From NCBI GenBank assembly GCA_964235895.1, contig CAXSCV010000001.1:20880-84879 (forward strand): DNA of 64,000 bases, in the 5' to 3' direction. The stretch comes from an uncultured Chthoniobacterales bacterium. GTDB lineage: Bacteria > Verrucomicrobiota > Verrucomicrobiia > Chthoniobacterales > UBA10450. Below the pieces are notes generated by a model, which worked only from the letters and a program-made list of their open reading frames with translations, made no database searches and was not told where the DNA came from. A program made the position numbers and the translations under genes. Each line of letters opens with the position of its first letter. The stretch's first letter is position 1. Of this stretch, positions 1 through 9,772 are shown piece after piece.

Positions 1-1804
<1,804 letters not shown>

Positions 1805-1861
1805 TCATACGTTTGTCATCGACGCGGGCAATTCGTCGACGCTGCGAAATTTCGCGAGCGA

Positions 1862-2395
1862 CTAACGCGCCACGCTCACCAGCATGAGCGTCTGCGTTCT
1901 ATGCGGTGTCCTTTTTGCCAGGCGAACCGGGTGCTTTTTTGCTGGCGCGGTGGCGATGCGTTTGGCGACGGGCTGTTGAGATTTCGCAGCCGGCGCGGCA
2001 ACACGAGACGCGGCCGGAATTGGCGCCGCGTTCACTAAATGAAGCGTCGTGATCGTGAGCGGCGCGCGGGCGAGTTGCGCGATTCGTTCGGCCCGAAGAT
2101 GCATGCTCGTGGCCTGCATGTCTTTGTAATCGGGGGCGCGCTCTTCGCGTGTGGCGGCCGGTTGCTGATCATTGAAATACTGACCGACCGCGTAGCGATC
2201 GAAAACTTCCGCGCTGACTAATTGCCGATGCATCGAGCCGGCGCGATCCCGCAAAATAAAGGCGTAGGACCCGTCGACACCGATCGTTTCGTAGAACGGA
2301 AGCGGGCCGGAATCTTTGCGAACAATGACACCTTCATTCGCGCAACCGGCGAAAAGTAAGGGAACGAGCAAACTGAGAATGGAATAGAAACGCAT
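1862..2395 (-). CDS. Hypothetical lipoprotein
   Basis: 177-aa ORF with a signal peptide and lipobox (LLFAGC). No recognisable domain. Confidence 0.7.
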   Translation of the reverse strand: MRFYSILSLLVPLLFAGCANEGVIVRKDSGPLPFYETIGVDGSYAFILRDRAGSMHRQLVSAEVFDRYAVGQYFNDQQPAATREERAPDYKDMQATSMHLRAERIAQLARAPLTITTLHLVNAAPIPAASRVAAPAAKSQQPVAKRIATAPAKKHPVRLAKRTPHRTQTLMLVSVAR

Positions 2396-2589
2396 AGAGG
2401 AAAATGGGGTACGGTTGAGTGAGTTCGTTCTATGCGGTTCGGCGAACGGCGGCCAGCAAAAATGTGCGAATCTATGTTAATCGCGGTCAGGTCGAGAAAA
2501 GTCTGGCAAATCAAAAAACGCGATGGATAAGCGCAAGCGCGTGCCCGCGCACGAAGCAGCAAGTAAACCTCAACCCAAAAGGATTAAAT

Positions 2590-2739
2590 ATGCTCTGGAC
2601 TATCTTCGTAATTTTGTTGGTGCTCTGGCTGCTCGGCCTCGTCAGCGGTTACGCTCTCGGCGGCTTCATTCACATTCTCCTCGTTATCGCGGTGGTCGTG
2701 CTGATCATCAATTTGATCCAGGGACGGCGCACACTTTAG
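2590..2739 (+). CDS. lmo0937-family small membrane protein
   Basis: Internal ATG at 2590 of ORF 2419..2739. MLWTIFVILLVLWLLGLVSGYALGGFIHILLVIAVVVLIINLIQGRR fits the typical pattern of this ~50-aa family. Confidence 0.75.
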   Translation: MLWTIFVILLVLWLLGLVSGYALGGFIHILLVIAVVVLIINLIQGRRTL

Positions 2740-2751
2740 TCACTCCATTCT

Positions 2752-2982
2752 ATGAAACCTTTAGGCATCCTCGGCATCATTCTCATCGCGGTCGGCATCA
2801 TCGCGCTCGCTTACGGCGGTTACGCCAGCTTCACCACGAAAGAAAACGTGGCGAAAGTGGGTCCGCTCGAAATTAACAAACACGAAGAACATCCGGTGCC
2901 GATCGGTCCGATTGTTGGCGGCATTTGTCTCGTCGGCGGGATCATCTTGCTCGTCAGCGGAAATCGCGGCTCCAGCGCGTAG
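2752..2982 (+). CDS. Small two-TM membrane protein (hypothetical)
   Basis: 76 aa with two hydrophobic helices (GILGIILIAVGIIALAYGG, IVGGICLVGGIILLV). Confidence 0.65.
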   Translation: MKPLGILGIILIAVGIIALAYGGYASFTTKENVAKVGPLEINKHEEHPVPIGPIVGGICLVGGIILLVSGNRGSSA

Positions 2983-2995
2983 GCGTTCCGCAACG

Positions 2996-3059
2996 GCGCG
3001 CATTTTGCGCGCTTAAATTTCCTCGCAACGCGCGCGGTTCAGGTGAATCGGCGCGCGTT
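2996..3059. terminator. Putative bidirectional terminator region between convergent genes
   Basis: Two GC-rich hairpins: GCGCGC-ATTTT-GCGCGC (2996-3012) followed by TTAAATTT, and AACGCGCGC-15 nt-GCGCGCGTT (3027-3059) followed by a T-containing run. Confidence 0.35.
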
Positions 3060-3075
3060 TGTGTTCAAAGCGCCA

Positions 3076-3085
3076 CTCGTTAGGC
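3076..3085 (+). repeat. Copy of over-represented 10-mer CTCGTTAGGC
   Basis: Exact match. The coding strand of htrA reads GCC TAA, so the motif supplies the stop codon. Confidence 0.9.
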
Positions 3086-4567
3086 GCCGGCTTTCAGGAC
3101 GGCGAAGGTTTTGCTTCCTTTGCGATCGAGATAAAGGAGAACGCCTTTGCGCGGATCCGCTTTCGTCAGAGCATCGCGAAACGTCTGCACGTTCGTGACC
3201 GGTTTGCCATCCACTTCGGTGATGACGTCTTCGCGTTCGATGCCTTGCGCGGAAGCGAGGCTGTCGTCGGCCACATCGGTCACGATAACGCCCTGCGTCG
3301 TTTCGATTTTCAAACGGGCCGCGACCTCCTTGGTTATTTCCTGCACCTGCAAACCGAACTTGTTCGTGTCTTCCTGCTTCTGCGGGCCCGGGCCGGGCGC
3401 GTTCGCGACGCGGCCGATTTCCCCAGGCAACTCTCCGGCCGTCACGGGAATTTTCAGCGTCTGACCTTTGCGCCAAACGGTCAGGTCGACACTTTGCCCG
3501 ACTTTCTTTTTGAGAATTTCGCGCTGCAATTGCGTGTCGCTCGCGACCGGCGCGCCATCGACTTGCGTGATGACATCGAAGGGCCGCAGGTCGCTTTTGT
3601 AAGCAGGCGCGTCGGCTTCGATCGTGCGCACGACCACGCCTTTCTCAAGGCCTTTGAAGAGATCGCGAATCGATTGGTCGTCGCCCAGCGTTTCGATGCG
3701 AATGCCGAGCCACGGCCGAATGATTCGCTGACCGGAAATTAATTGCTGGCCGATTTCGTTGACCAGATTGCTCGGAATGGCGAAGCCGAGTCCGCGATTC
3801 AATCCATTGATCAGCGTGTTCATGCCGATCACTTTTCCATCGATGTCGCAGAGCGGGCCGCCGCTGTTTCCGGGATTAATCGACGCGTCGGTCTGCAAAT
3901 AATCCGAGATCGAATAGCCGCTGTTCGAGATTAATTTGCTTCGGCCTTTTCCGCTGATCACGCCGTAGGTGAAGGTGTAATCAAGCTTGAAGGGCGCACC
4001 GATTGCGAAAGCGAATTGGCCCACGCGGATCGCATCGCTGTCGCCGATCTGCACCGTCGGCAAATTGTTCGCGTCGATTTTGATTACGGCCACGTCGGTT
4101 TTCTCATCCGTGCCCGCGACCTTGGCCTGAAATTCGCGGCCATCTTTCAATTTCACATCGATGCGGTCGGCGCCGTCGAGCACGTGATAATTCGTGAAGA
4201 TATATCCATCCGGCCTAACGATGAATCCGGAGCCTTCGCTTTGCAGCGGCGGCGCGCTGCGCGGATTGCGGCGCGAGTTGTTCTCGTCGGGCTGTGGTTG
4301 ATTTGGGAAAAACAAATCGTCGAGGCTGGACCCATCGCCGCCGTCGTTTTTCTTTGTCACTTCAATAATGACTACGCTTGGCGCGACGATCTCGAAGACT
4401 TTGGCGAAGGCGTTGTTTAATTGATGGACGACATCTTTGCCGGACTCGGCCGCGGCTGGCGGCACCGTCGGCGTCGGGCTGGTCTCTGCTTGCGAAAGCG
4501 GCGCGGCGGCGCGCAACGTCGCGATAAAAATGAGCGAGCAGCAGATCGAACTGGCGAAGCGGATCAT
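3080..4567 (-). CDS. htrA: Do/DegP/HtrA-family periplasmic serine endopeptidase with two PDZ domains
   Basis: Trypsin-like catalytic region including GNSGGPL, followed by two PDZ-like segments. The signal peptide MIRFASSICCSLIFIATLRAAAP begins at an internal ATG (4565-4567). The longer 617-aa ORF would run into the divergent kamA promoter region. Confidence 0.85.
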   Translation of the reverse strand: MIRFASSICCSLIFIATLRAAAPLSQAETSPTPTVPPAAAESGKDVVHQLNNAFAKVFEIVAPSVVIIEVTKKNDGGDGSSLDDLFFPNQPQPDENNSRRNPRSAPPLQSEGSGFIVRPDGYIFTNYHVLDGADRIDVKLKDGREFQAKVAGTDEKTDVAVIKIDANNLPTVQIGDSDAIRVGQFAFAIGAPFKLDYTFTYGVISGKGRSKLISNSGYSISDYLQTDASINPGNSGGPLCDIDGKVIGMNTLINGLNRGLGFAIPSNLVNEIGQQLISGQRIIRPWLGIRIETLGDDQSIRDLFKGLEKGVVVRTIEADAPAYKSDLRPFDVITQVDGAPVASDTQLQREILKKKVGQSVDLTVWRKGQTLKIPVTAGELPGEIGRVANAPGPGPQKQEDTNKFGLQVQEITKEVAARLKIETTQGVIVTDVADDSLASAQGIEREDVITEVDGKPVTNVQTFRDALTKADPRKGVLLYLDRKGSKTFAVLKAGA

Positions 4568-4662
4568 GAAAAACTTGGACACGAGACGAGCATAGCTGTT
4601 CAACGTGTTTTTGCGATGGACCTCGCTCTTTCGCCTGCGGCGCGCACCGAAAAGTGCCTGCA

Positions 4663-4690
4663 TTGACTTGATTGTTAAGGCTCTTAACTT
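4663..4690 (+). promoter_or_regulatory. Possible sigma70-like promoter for kamA
   Basis: TTGACT (4663-4668), 16-nt spacer, TAACTT (4685-4690), about 19 nt upstream of the ATG at 4709. Sequence resemblance only. Confidence 0.3.
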
Positions 4691-4708
4691 TTCGCCTAAC
4701 AACACAAA

Positions 4709-5917
4709 ATGCTCACTCTTGCCGCAGGCAAAAAGGATGGGAAAGAGTTTGTCTCTCACGCGCCGGGCTATTGGCCAAATGTCAGCGCGGAACTCTGGAA
4801 CGATTGGAAATGGCAGCTGAAAAATCGGGTCACGACACTGGCCCAGCTCGAGCAGCATCTCGAACTTTCCGATGACGAACGCAACGGCGTTTTGCTTTCG
4901 GGAACGAAGCTCGCGCTCGCGGTCACGCCGCATTTTTTTAACCTGATCGAACGCGATAATCCGAATTGTCCGATTCGGCGGCAGGTTGTTCCGCGCGTCG
5001 AAGAATCATGGGCCTCGCCTTATGATATGGCGGATCCGTGCGGGGAAGATTCGCACATGCCGGTGCCGGGTTTGGTGCATCGTTATCCGGATCGCGTTTT
5101 GTTTTTGGTAACGGATCGCTGCGCGAGTTACTGCCGTTATTGCACGCGCAGTCGTGTGGTCAGCGGCGTGGGCGAACAGGAATTGCACACAGAATTCGAC
5201 GCGATCTATAAGTATCTGGAAGAGCACACCGAAGTGCGCGACGTGCTTTTGTCCGGCGGCGACGCGCTTTTGTTCAGCGACGATAAGTTGGAGAAAATCC
5301 TCAGCCGGTTGCGCGCGATTCCGCACATCGAATTTCTCCGCATCGGAACGCGCGTTCCGATTTTTCTGCCGCAACGCATCACGCCGGCGCTTTGCCAGAT
5401 GCTGCAAAAATATCATCCGCTCTGGATGAGCGTGCACGTCAATCATCCGCGCGAGCTAACCATCGAAGTGAAGGAAGCGCTCGAGCATCTGGCCAATCAC
5501 GGCATCCCGCTGGGCAACCAGAGCGTGCTGCTCGCCGACGTGAACGACAATCTCGAGACGATGAAAACGCTCGTGCAAAAACTGCTCATGTGCCGCGTGC
5601 GTCCCTATTATATCTACCAGTGCGATTTGATTAACGGCTCGTCGCATCTGCGCACGTCGGTCGCGAAAGGCATCGAGATCATCGAGGGTTTGCGCGGACA
5701 CACGACCGGTTATGGCGTGCCGCAATTTGTCATCGATGCGCCTGGCGGCGGCGGCAAAGTTCCGATCAATCCCGGTTACATTCTCTATCACGACAACGAA
5801 AAAATCGTCATTCGGAATTACGAAGGCCAGATCTTCGAGTATCCGGAAGTTGGCGAAAACAAAGACGCGCAGTTTGCGCCGGCGCGTGAATACCACGACG
5901 AATATTTGTATTCCTGA
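4709..5917 (+). CDS. kamA: KamA-family radical SAM protein (lysine 2,3-aminomutase-like)
   Basis: CASYCRYCTRS radical-SAM cluster motif, N-terminal WNDWKWQLKNRV signature, 402 aa. Confidence 0.85.
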   Translation: MLTLAAGKKDGKEFVSHAPGYWPNVSAELWNDWKWQLKNRVTTLAQLEQHLELSDDERNGVLLSGTKLALAVTPHFFNLIERDNPNCPIRRQVVPRVEESWASPYDMADPCGEDSHMPVPGLVHRYPDRVLFLVTDRCASYCRYCTRSRVVSGVGEQELHTEFDAIYKYLEEHTEVRDVLLSGGDALLFSDDKLEKILSRLRAIPHIEFLRIGTRVPIFLPQRITPALCQMLQKYHPLWMSVHVNHPRELTIEVKEALEHLANHGIPLGNQSVLLADVNDNLETMKTLVQKLLMCRVRPYYIYQCDLINGSSHLRTSVAKGIEIIEGLRGHTTGYGVPQFVIDAPGGGGKVPINPGYILYHDNEKIVIRNYEGQIFEYPEVGENKDAQFAPAREYHDEYLYS

Positions 5918-5923
5918 TCGCCG

Positions 5924-6334
5924 ATGAATCGCAGCGCGCCAATCTTCCGAAGCCTGATCGCCGCGCTGGCCATGCTGGCTTGGTTCGTCGCTTCGAATCA
6001 TTGTTCGTTTGCCGCATCGTTCGAAACCGCGCCGCAGCCATCGGAATGTCCGATGCACACGTCGGCCAAACATTTGCCGGTGAAGAAGAGCGGCGCGGAT
6101 TTCCTTTGCTGCAAGAATTTGCCGGCGACTGCGGCCCTGGCGGCGAAGGCGATTGCGAAACCCATTTATATTGCGGCGCCGCCAGAGCTTTTCGCGGCGC
6201 TTGTTTTGGAAATCGAAGACGGCTCGCGGGAAAACGCGATCGTCTGTGACACCGGACCGCCCGGCGCGAACAATTTCGCCGAGTCCGTTCTGCAGCGGAG
6301 CATTCTCGCTCACGCTCCGCCGTTTCTGGCCTAA
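5924..6334 (+). CDS. Hypothetical Cys/His-rich membrane-anchored or secreted protein
   Basis: 136 aa with an N-terminal hydrophobic anchor and HC..., ECPMH and CC motifs. Starts 7 nt after the kamA stop. Its TAA stop lies inside a copy of the repeated 10-mer. Confidence 0.6.
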   Translation: MNRSAPIFRSLIAALAMLAWFVASNHCSFAASFETAPQPSECPMHTSAKHLPVKKSGADFLCCKNLPATAALAAKAIAKPIYIAAPPELFAALVLEIEDGSRENAIVCDTGPPGANNFAESVLQRSILAHAPPFLA

Positions 6335-6338
6335 CGAG
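6329..6338 (-). repeat. Copy of over-represented 10-mer (GCCTAACGAG on + strand)
   Basis: Exact match. Supplies the Ala-TAA end of ORF 5924..6334. Confidence 0.9.
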
Positions 6339-6405
6339 TAGTAGCCCGCAGGCGCGGGTTGTCTCGTTTTCTTCGTTTTGTCGCGCGGCGCGCCATCGCG
6401 GCCGC

Positions 6406-7905
6406 GTGCGTCCATTCGTTTTTCAACTCAGGCAATTTTATTTTTTGAAATCATATATTCTTTTTTTAACGATCAGTTTCGCTCTGCTCGCTGGGATTCC
6501 AGTCGTGGCGGAATCCGATCACACTCAGCACGCCGCGCATCAGGAATTCACCTGCGCGATGCATCCCGAAGTGCGGCAGGCCAAGCCGGGCAAATGTCCG
6601 AAATGCGGGATGACTCTGCAGCCCGCGAAAACCAAATCTTCACCGCCTGCGATGTCGATGAAGCAGAAGGGCGCGCCCATGCAACACATGGCGATGGCAA
6701 TGCAATCATCGGTCAACCTCGCCGACCCGATGAGCCGCGAAAGTTCCGGGACCGCGTGGGTGCCGGATTCGACCCCGACGTATGGCAAAATGCTCATGCT
6801 CGGCGACGACATGCTCATGCTCCACGGCGCGGCTTTTCCGCGTTACACAAACGTGAGCACGCGGCGCGGGGACGATCGCATCGATGCGCCGAATTGGTTT
6901 ATGGGGATGTATTCGCACTCGTTAGGCGAAGATGCGCAAATCGGCGCGCGCCTGATGATGAGCCTCGATCCGCTAACCGAAGGCGGCCGCGGGTATCCCT
7001 TGCTTTTGCAATCGGGCGAATCGTGGCAGGGCCAGGCGCTGCACGACCGGCAGCATCCGCACGATTTGTTCGATGAAGTTTCGCTGGCTTATTCGCGCCG
7101 CCTAACGAGTGATTTCTCCGGTTTTCTTTACGTCGGCTATCCCGGCGAACCGGCTCTGGGCGCGCCCACTTTCATGCATCGATTGAGCGCGATGGACAAT
7201 CCGGACGCTCCTATTTCGCATCACTGGCAGGATTCGACGCACATCACTTTTGGCGTGGCCACGCTCGGGATGGTTTGGCGAAATGTGAAACTCGAGGGCA
7301 GCATTTTCACCGGCCGCGAGCCGGACGAAAACCGCTACGATTTCGATCGGCCGCGCTTCGATTCCTACAGCGGCCGGCTTTCCTGGAATCCGACGACGAA
7401 CCTGGCGCTACAGGTTTCGCATGGATATTTGAAAAGCCCGGAGGAACTCGAGCCGAACGAGAAGCAACATCGCACGACCGCCTCGGCCATTTACAACTAC
7501 TCGTTAGGCGCGGACTCGAATTGGGCGAACTCGTTTGTCTGGGGTCAGGACAACGTGACCAAGGAAGGCAAGACGCAGTCGTTTCTGTTCGAGACAAATT
7601 ATCAGCGCGGACGCGACACCGTTTATGCGCGGATCGAGCGCGTTGAGAAATCTGCGCACGAGCTGGTTCTGGCGGAAGCGGATCGTGGCCGCGTATTTCC
7701 GGTCTCGGCTTACACGCTTGGTTACGTGCGCGATCTCACGCACGGAAGAGGGCTCGACGTCGGGCTGGGCACGCAATTCACGCTGAACGATTTACCGGAT
7801 CGGCTCGATCAATATTACGGGAACGATCTGCCGTATTCGTTTCAAGTTTTCCTGCGCGTCCGGCTCTCACGCGAAAAATCGATGAGCGGGATGATGGCGA
7901 AGTGA
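6406..7905 (+). CDS. Secreted protein with an N-terminal heavy-metal-binding domain, a Met-rich stretch and a large C-terminal (possibly beta-barrel) domain
   Basis: FTCAMHPEVRQAKPGKCPKCGMTLQP matches the HMBD motif seen on CusB/CopA-type proteins. It is followed by MSMKQKGAPMQHMAMAMQ. The start (GTG 6406 or a downstream TTG) is uncertain. Confidence 0.7.
   Translation: MRPFVFQLRQFYFLKSYILFLTISFALLAGIPVVAESDHTQHAAHQEFTCAMHPEVRQAKPGKCPKCGMTLQPAKTKSSPPAMSMKQKGAPMQHMAMAMQSSVNLADPMSRESSGTAWVPDSTPTYGKMLMLGDDMLMLHGAAFPRYTNVSTRRGDDRIDAPNWFMGMYSHSLGEDAQIGARLMMSLDPLTEGGRGYPLLLQSGESWQGQALHDRQHPHDLFDEVSLAYSRRLTSDFSGFLYVGYPGEPALGAPTFMHRLSAMDNPDAPISHHWQDSTHITFGVATLGMVWRNVKLEGSIFTGREPDENRYDFDRPRFDSYSGRLSWNPTTNLALQVSHGYLKSPEELEPNEKQHRTTASAIYNYSLGADSNWANSFVWGQDNVTKEGKTQSFLFETNYQRGRDTVYARIERVEKSAHELVLAEADRGRVFPVSAYTLGYVRDLTHGRGLDVGLGTQFTLNDLPDRLDQYYGNDLPYSFQVFLRVRLSREKSMSGMMAK
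6918..6927 (+). repeat. Copy of over-represented 10-mer CTCGTTAGGC
   Basis: Exact match in gene 6406..7905. Read as S-L-G. Confidence 0.9.
7100..7109 (-). repeat. Copy of over-represented 10-mer (GCCTAACGAG on + strand)
   Basis: Exact match in gene 6406..7905. Read as L-T-S. Confidence 0.9.
7500..7509 (+). repeat. Copy of over-represented 10-mer CTCGTTAGGC
   Basis: Exact match in gene 6406..7905. Read as S-L-G. Confidence 0.9.
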
Positions 7906-8736
7906 ATGCTTTTCAGGAGCAACTTGCACGCTGATCGTGCTGAAGGTGCTGATCCATTCCGGATCGCGCCTAACGAGTTGAACGGCGAAGAACAAGGCCG
8001 GTCCTTCATGCGGGAGGACGAAATTTGCGCGGCCCGCGTCATCGGTTTTTTGAAAGACGCGTTTGCTTCCAGACGCGTCGATTAAGCCGATGGTTGCGCG
8101 GGCCAGCGGCTGATCAAGGGCGCGCAATTGGACGGTGAAATTGTCACCGCGATGCAGTGCGGTCGGGTTGCTCATCGGAATAATTTCCAACGGCAAACCC
8201 ACCGCTTCTTTCCATGAAGCATCCGCGTCCGCGTTGCCCAGGGCGACGAAAGTCTTGGCGCATTTCGTATAGGTTTCGCGCCACTTGTGCTGCGCTTTCA
8301 ATCGCGCCCAAAGTTCGCGAACTCCCGGCGAAGCGGAGATTTCCTCGAAGTATTCCGCGACCTTTTTTTCGCTCAACTCCAGCGTCTTTGGATGCAGTTG
8401 AATGAAGGCGGTGACCAGGCCCGCGTCGAAAAATCTTTGCCGGAACTGAAGAGAGGTTGTGGTGGAAATGGGCCTGCCGAAATCGTGTGTCTTTTTGTTT
8501 TGGCGGAAGAGTGCGTTGCGGACGCGTTCCGGCCGAATGGAATATTCGAGCGCGGGGAATTTCATTCCACTCGTTAGGCGAAATTGAATTTCTTCTCCGG
8601 GCGCCGCGCGGAAAGGGGAGGGCGCGAGCCAGGTTTCGTGCGCGTGGCACTCGGCCGACGCGCAGAAATTCAAGACGACAAACGAGAGGACGAGGCCGCG
8701 AACTTGCGGCCGCGATTTGAAAAATGATTTAGCCAT
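7867..8736 (-). CDS. DUF4198-like periplasmic protein (metal-uptake-associated family)
   Basis: Signal peptide followed by AHETWLAPSPF..., which is typical of DUF4198. Its 3' end overlaps the convergent gene by 39 nt. Confidence 0.7.
   Translation of the reverse strand: MAKSFFKSRPQVRGLVLSFVVLNFCASAECHAHETWLAPSPFRAAPGEEIQFRLTSGMKFPALEYSIRPERVRNALFRQNKKTHDFGRPISTTTSLQFRQRFFDAGLVTAFIQLHPKTLELSEKKVAEYFEEISASPGVRELWARLKAQHKWRETYTKCAKTFVALGNADADASWKEAVGLPLEIIPMSNPTALHRGDNFTVQLRALDQPLARATIGLIDASGSKRVFQKTDDAGRANFVLPHEGPALFFAVQLVRRDPEWISTFSTISVQVAPEKHSLRHHPAHRFFA
7968..7977 (-). repeat. Copy of over-represented 10-mer (GCCTAACGAG on + strand)
   Basis: Exact match in the minus-strand DUF4198-like gene. 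Read as L-V-R. Confidence 0.9.
8570..8579 (+). repeat. Copy of over-represented 10-mer CTCGTTAGGC
   Basis: Exact match in the minus-strand DUF4198-like gene. Read as L-T-S. Confidence 0.9.
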
Positions 8737-9043
8737 CGCTCGAGAGGAATAGACAATTTCCTTTCGCTCGAGGCTCGGAAAAAGATTCGTCGTTAATCGT
8801 TTTTACATCTGCGAAAAAGCTCTCTATGGAAAGGTCGATGCGAGAGCGCGCGCGAGAATCCAACCGATCCGCAGAAAATTCTTTTGCCAAGGCGATGTCG
8901 ATTTATAGAGTGGGCGCTTCCGTGGCCGCGCATCATCTCACTCAACTTTTTTCGGAACGATGCGCCGCACATCCTAACCGCCGCGCGCGGCCGTTTGTAG
9001 ACGAGCGGATGCGCTTTGCAGATTCAGCGCCTCGCTAGTTTGT

Positions 9044-9772
9044 ATGGCCAATTTTTTCCCCCGCTGGTCCAACTGGCTGCCACTGAAAATCGCGATCTGC
9101 GGTGGCGCGCTCGTCTCCGGATTAACCGCGGCGACTTGGTATTATGTGACGCCAAAATATACGCGTGTCGGTTACGAGCCGGTGCAGCCGGTGCCGTTCC
9201 CGCATGATCTTCACGTGACGCAGCTCGGGATGGATTGCCGTTATTGCCACAGCTTTGTGGAAGTGGCGGCGCATTCGAATTTGCCGAATACGCAAACGTG
9301 CATGGCCTGTCATACGCAAGTGCAGAAGGATAATCCGAAGCTCGAGCCGATTCGCGCGAGCTGGAAATCGGGCCTGCCGGTGGAGTGGGTGCAGATTCAT
9401 CGCACGCCGGATTACGTTTTTTACAATCACTCCGCGCATGTGAATCGCGGAATCAGTTGCGCGGTTTGCCACGGGCAGGTGAATCACATGTCCGAGGTTT
9501 ATCACGCCAAGCCGCACAGCATGGCTTGGTGTCTCGAGTGCCATCGCAATCCGGAAAAGTATCTGCGCCCGGAAGATCAGATCACGAATCTGGATTGGAA
9601 ACCGGAAGACGTGAAGCCGGCCGAGTTCGTTGCGAAATACGGGAAACCGCAGGGCGCGGCGAACGAAGATTGGAGCAAGAAGCAAACGCTCACGCAACGT
9701 GAGATCGGCCAGACTTTAAAGGAACGTTGGAATATTCAGCCGCCGCTGAATTGCCAGGGATGCCATCGATGA
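9044..9772 (+). CDS. actA: Alternative complex III subunit ActA (pentaheme cytochrome c)
   Basis: Five CxxCH motifs (CRYCH, CMACH, CAVCH, CLECH, CQGCH), an N-terminal TM anchor, and first position in an act-like operon. Confidence 0.85.
   Translation: MANFFPRWSNWLPLKIAICGGALVSGLTAATWYYVTPKYTRVGYEPVQPVPFPHDLHVTQLGMDCRYCHSFVEVAAHSNLPNTQTCMACHTQVQKDNPKLEPIRASWKSGLPVEWVQIHRTPDYVFYNHSAHVNRGISCAVCHGQVNHMSEVYHAKPHSMAWCLECHRNPEKYLRPEDQITNLDWKPEDVKPAEFVAKYGKPQGAANEDWSKKQTLTQREIGQTLKERWNIQPPLNCQGCHR

Noticed and set aside
5456-6415. Long antisense or alternative-frame ORFs. Examples: 5456..6415(-), 11839..12798(-), 16243..17238(-), 25012..25806(-), 42651..43592(-), 56026..56859(-), 59975..60550(-), 60264..60941(+)
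   Set aside because: Each overlaps a gene with strong family motifs on the other strand or frame. They have Arg/Gly/His-rich composition characteristic of out-of-frame translation of GC-rich coding DNA.
8826-9038. 70-aa ORF in the intergenic region upstream of actA, and a TTGCCA-16 nt-TAGAGT promoter-like pair at 8884-8911
   Set aside because: The ORF has no supporting features and a non-coding composition. The promoter resemblance is weak, and PVC promoter rules are poorly known to me, so I did not list it as a feature.
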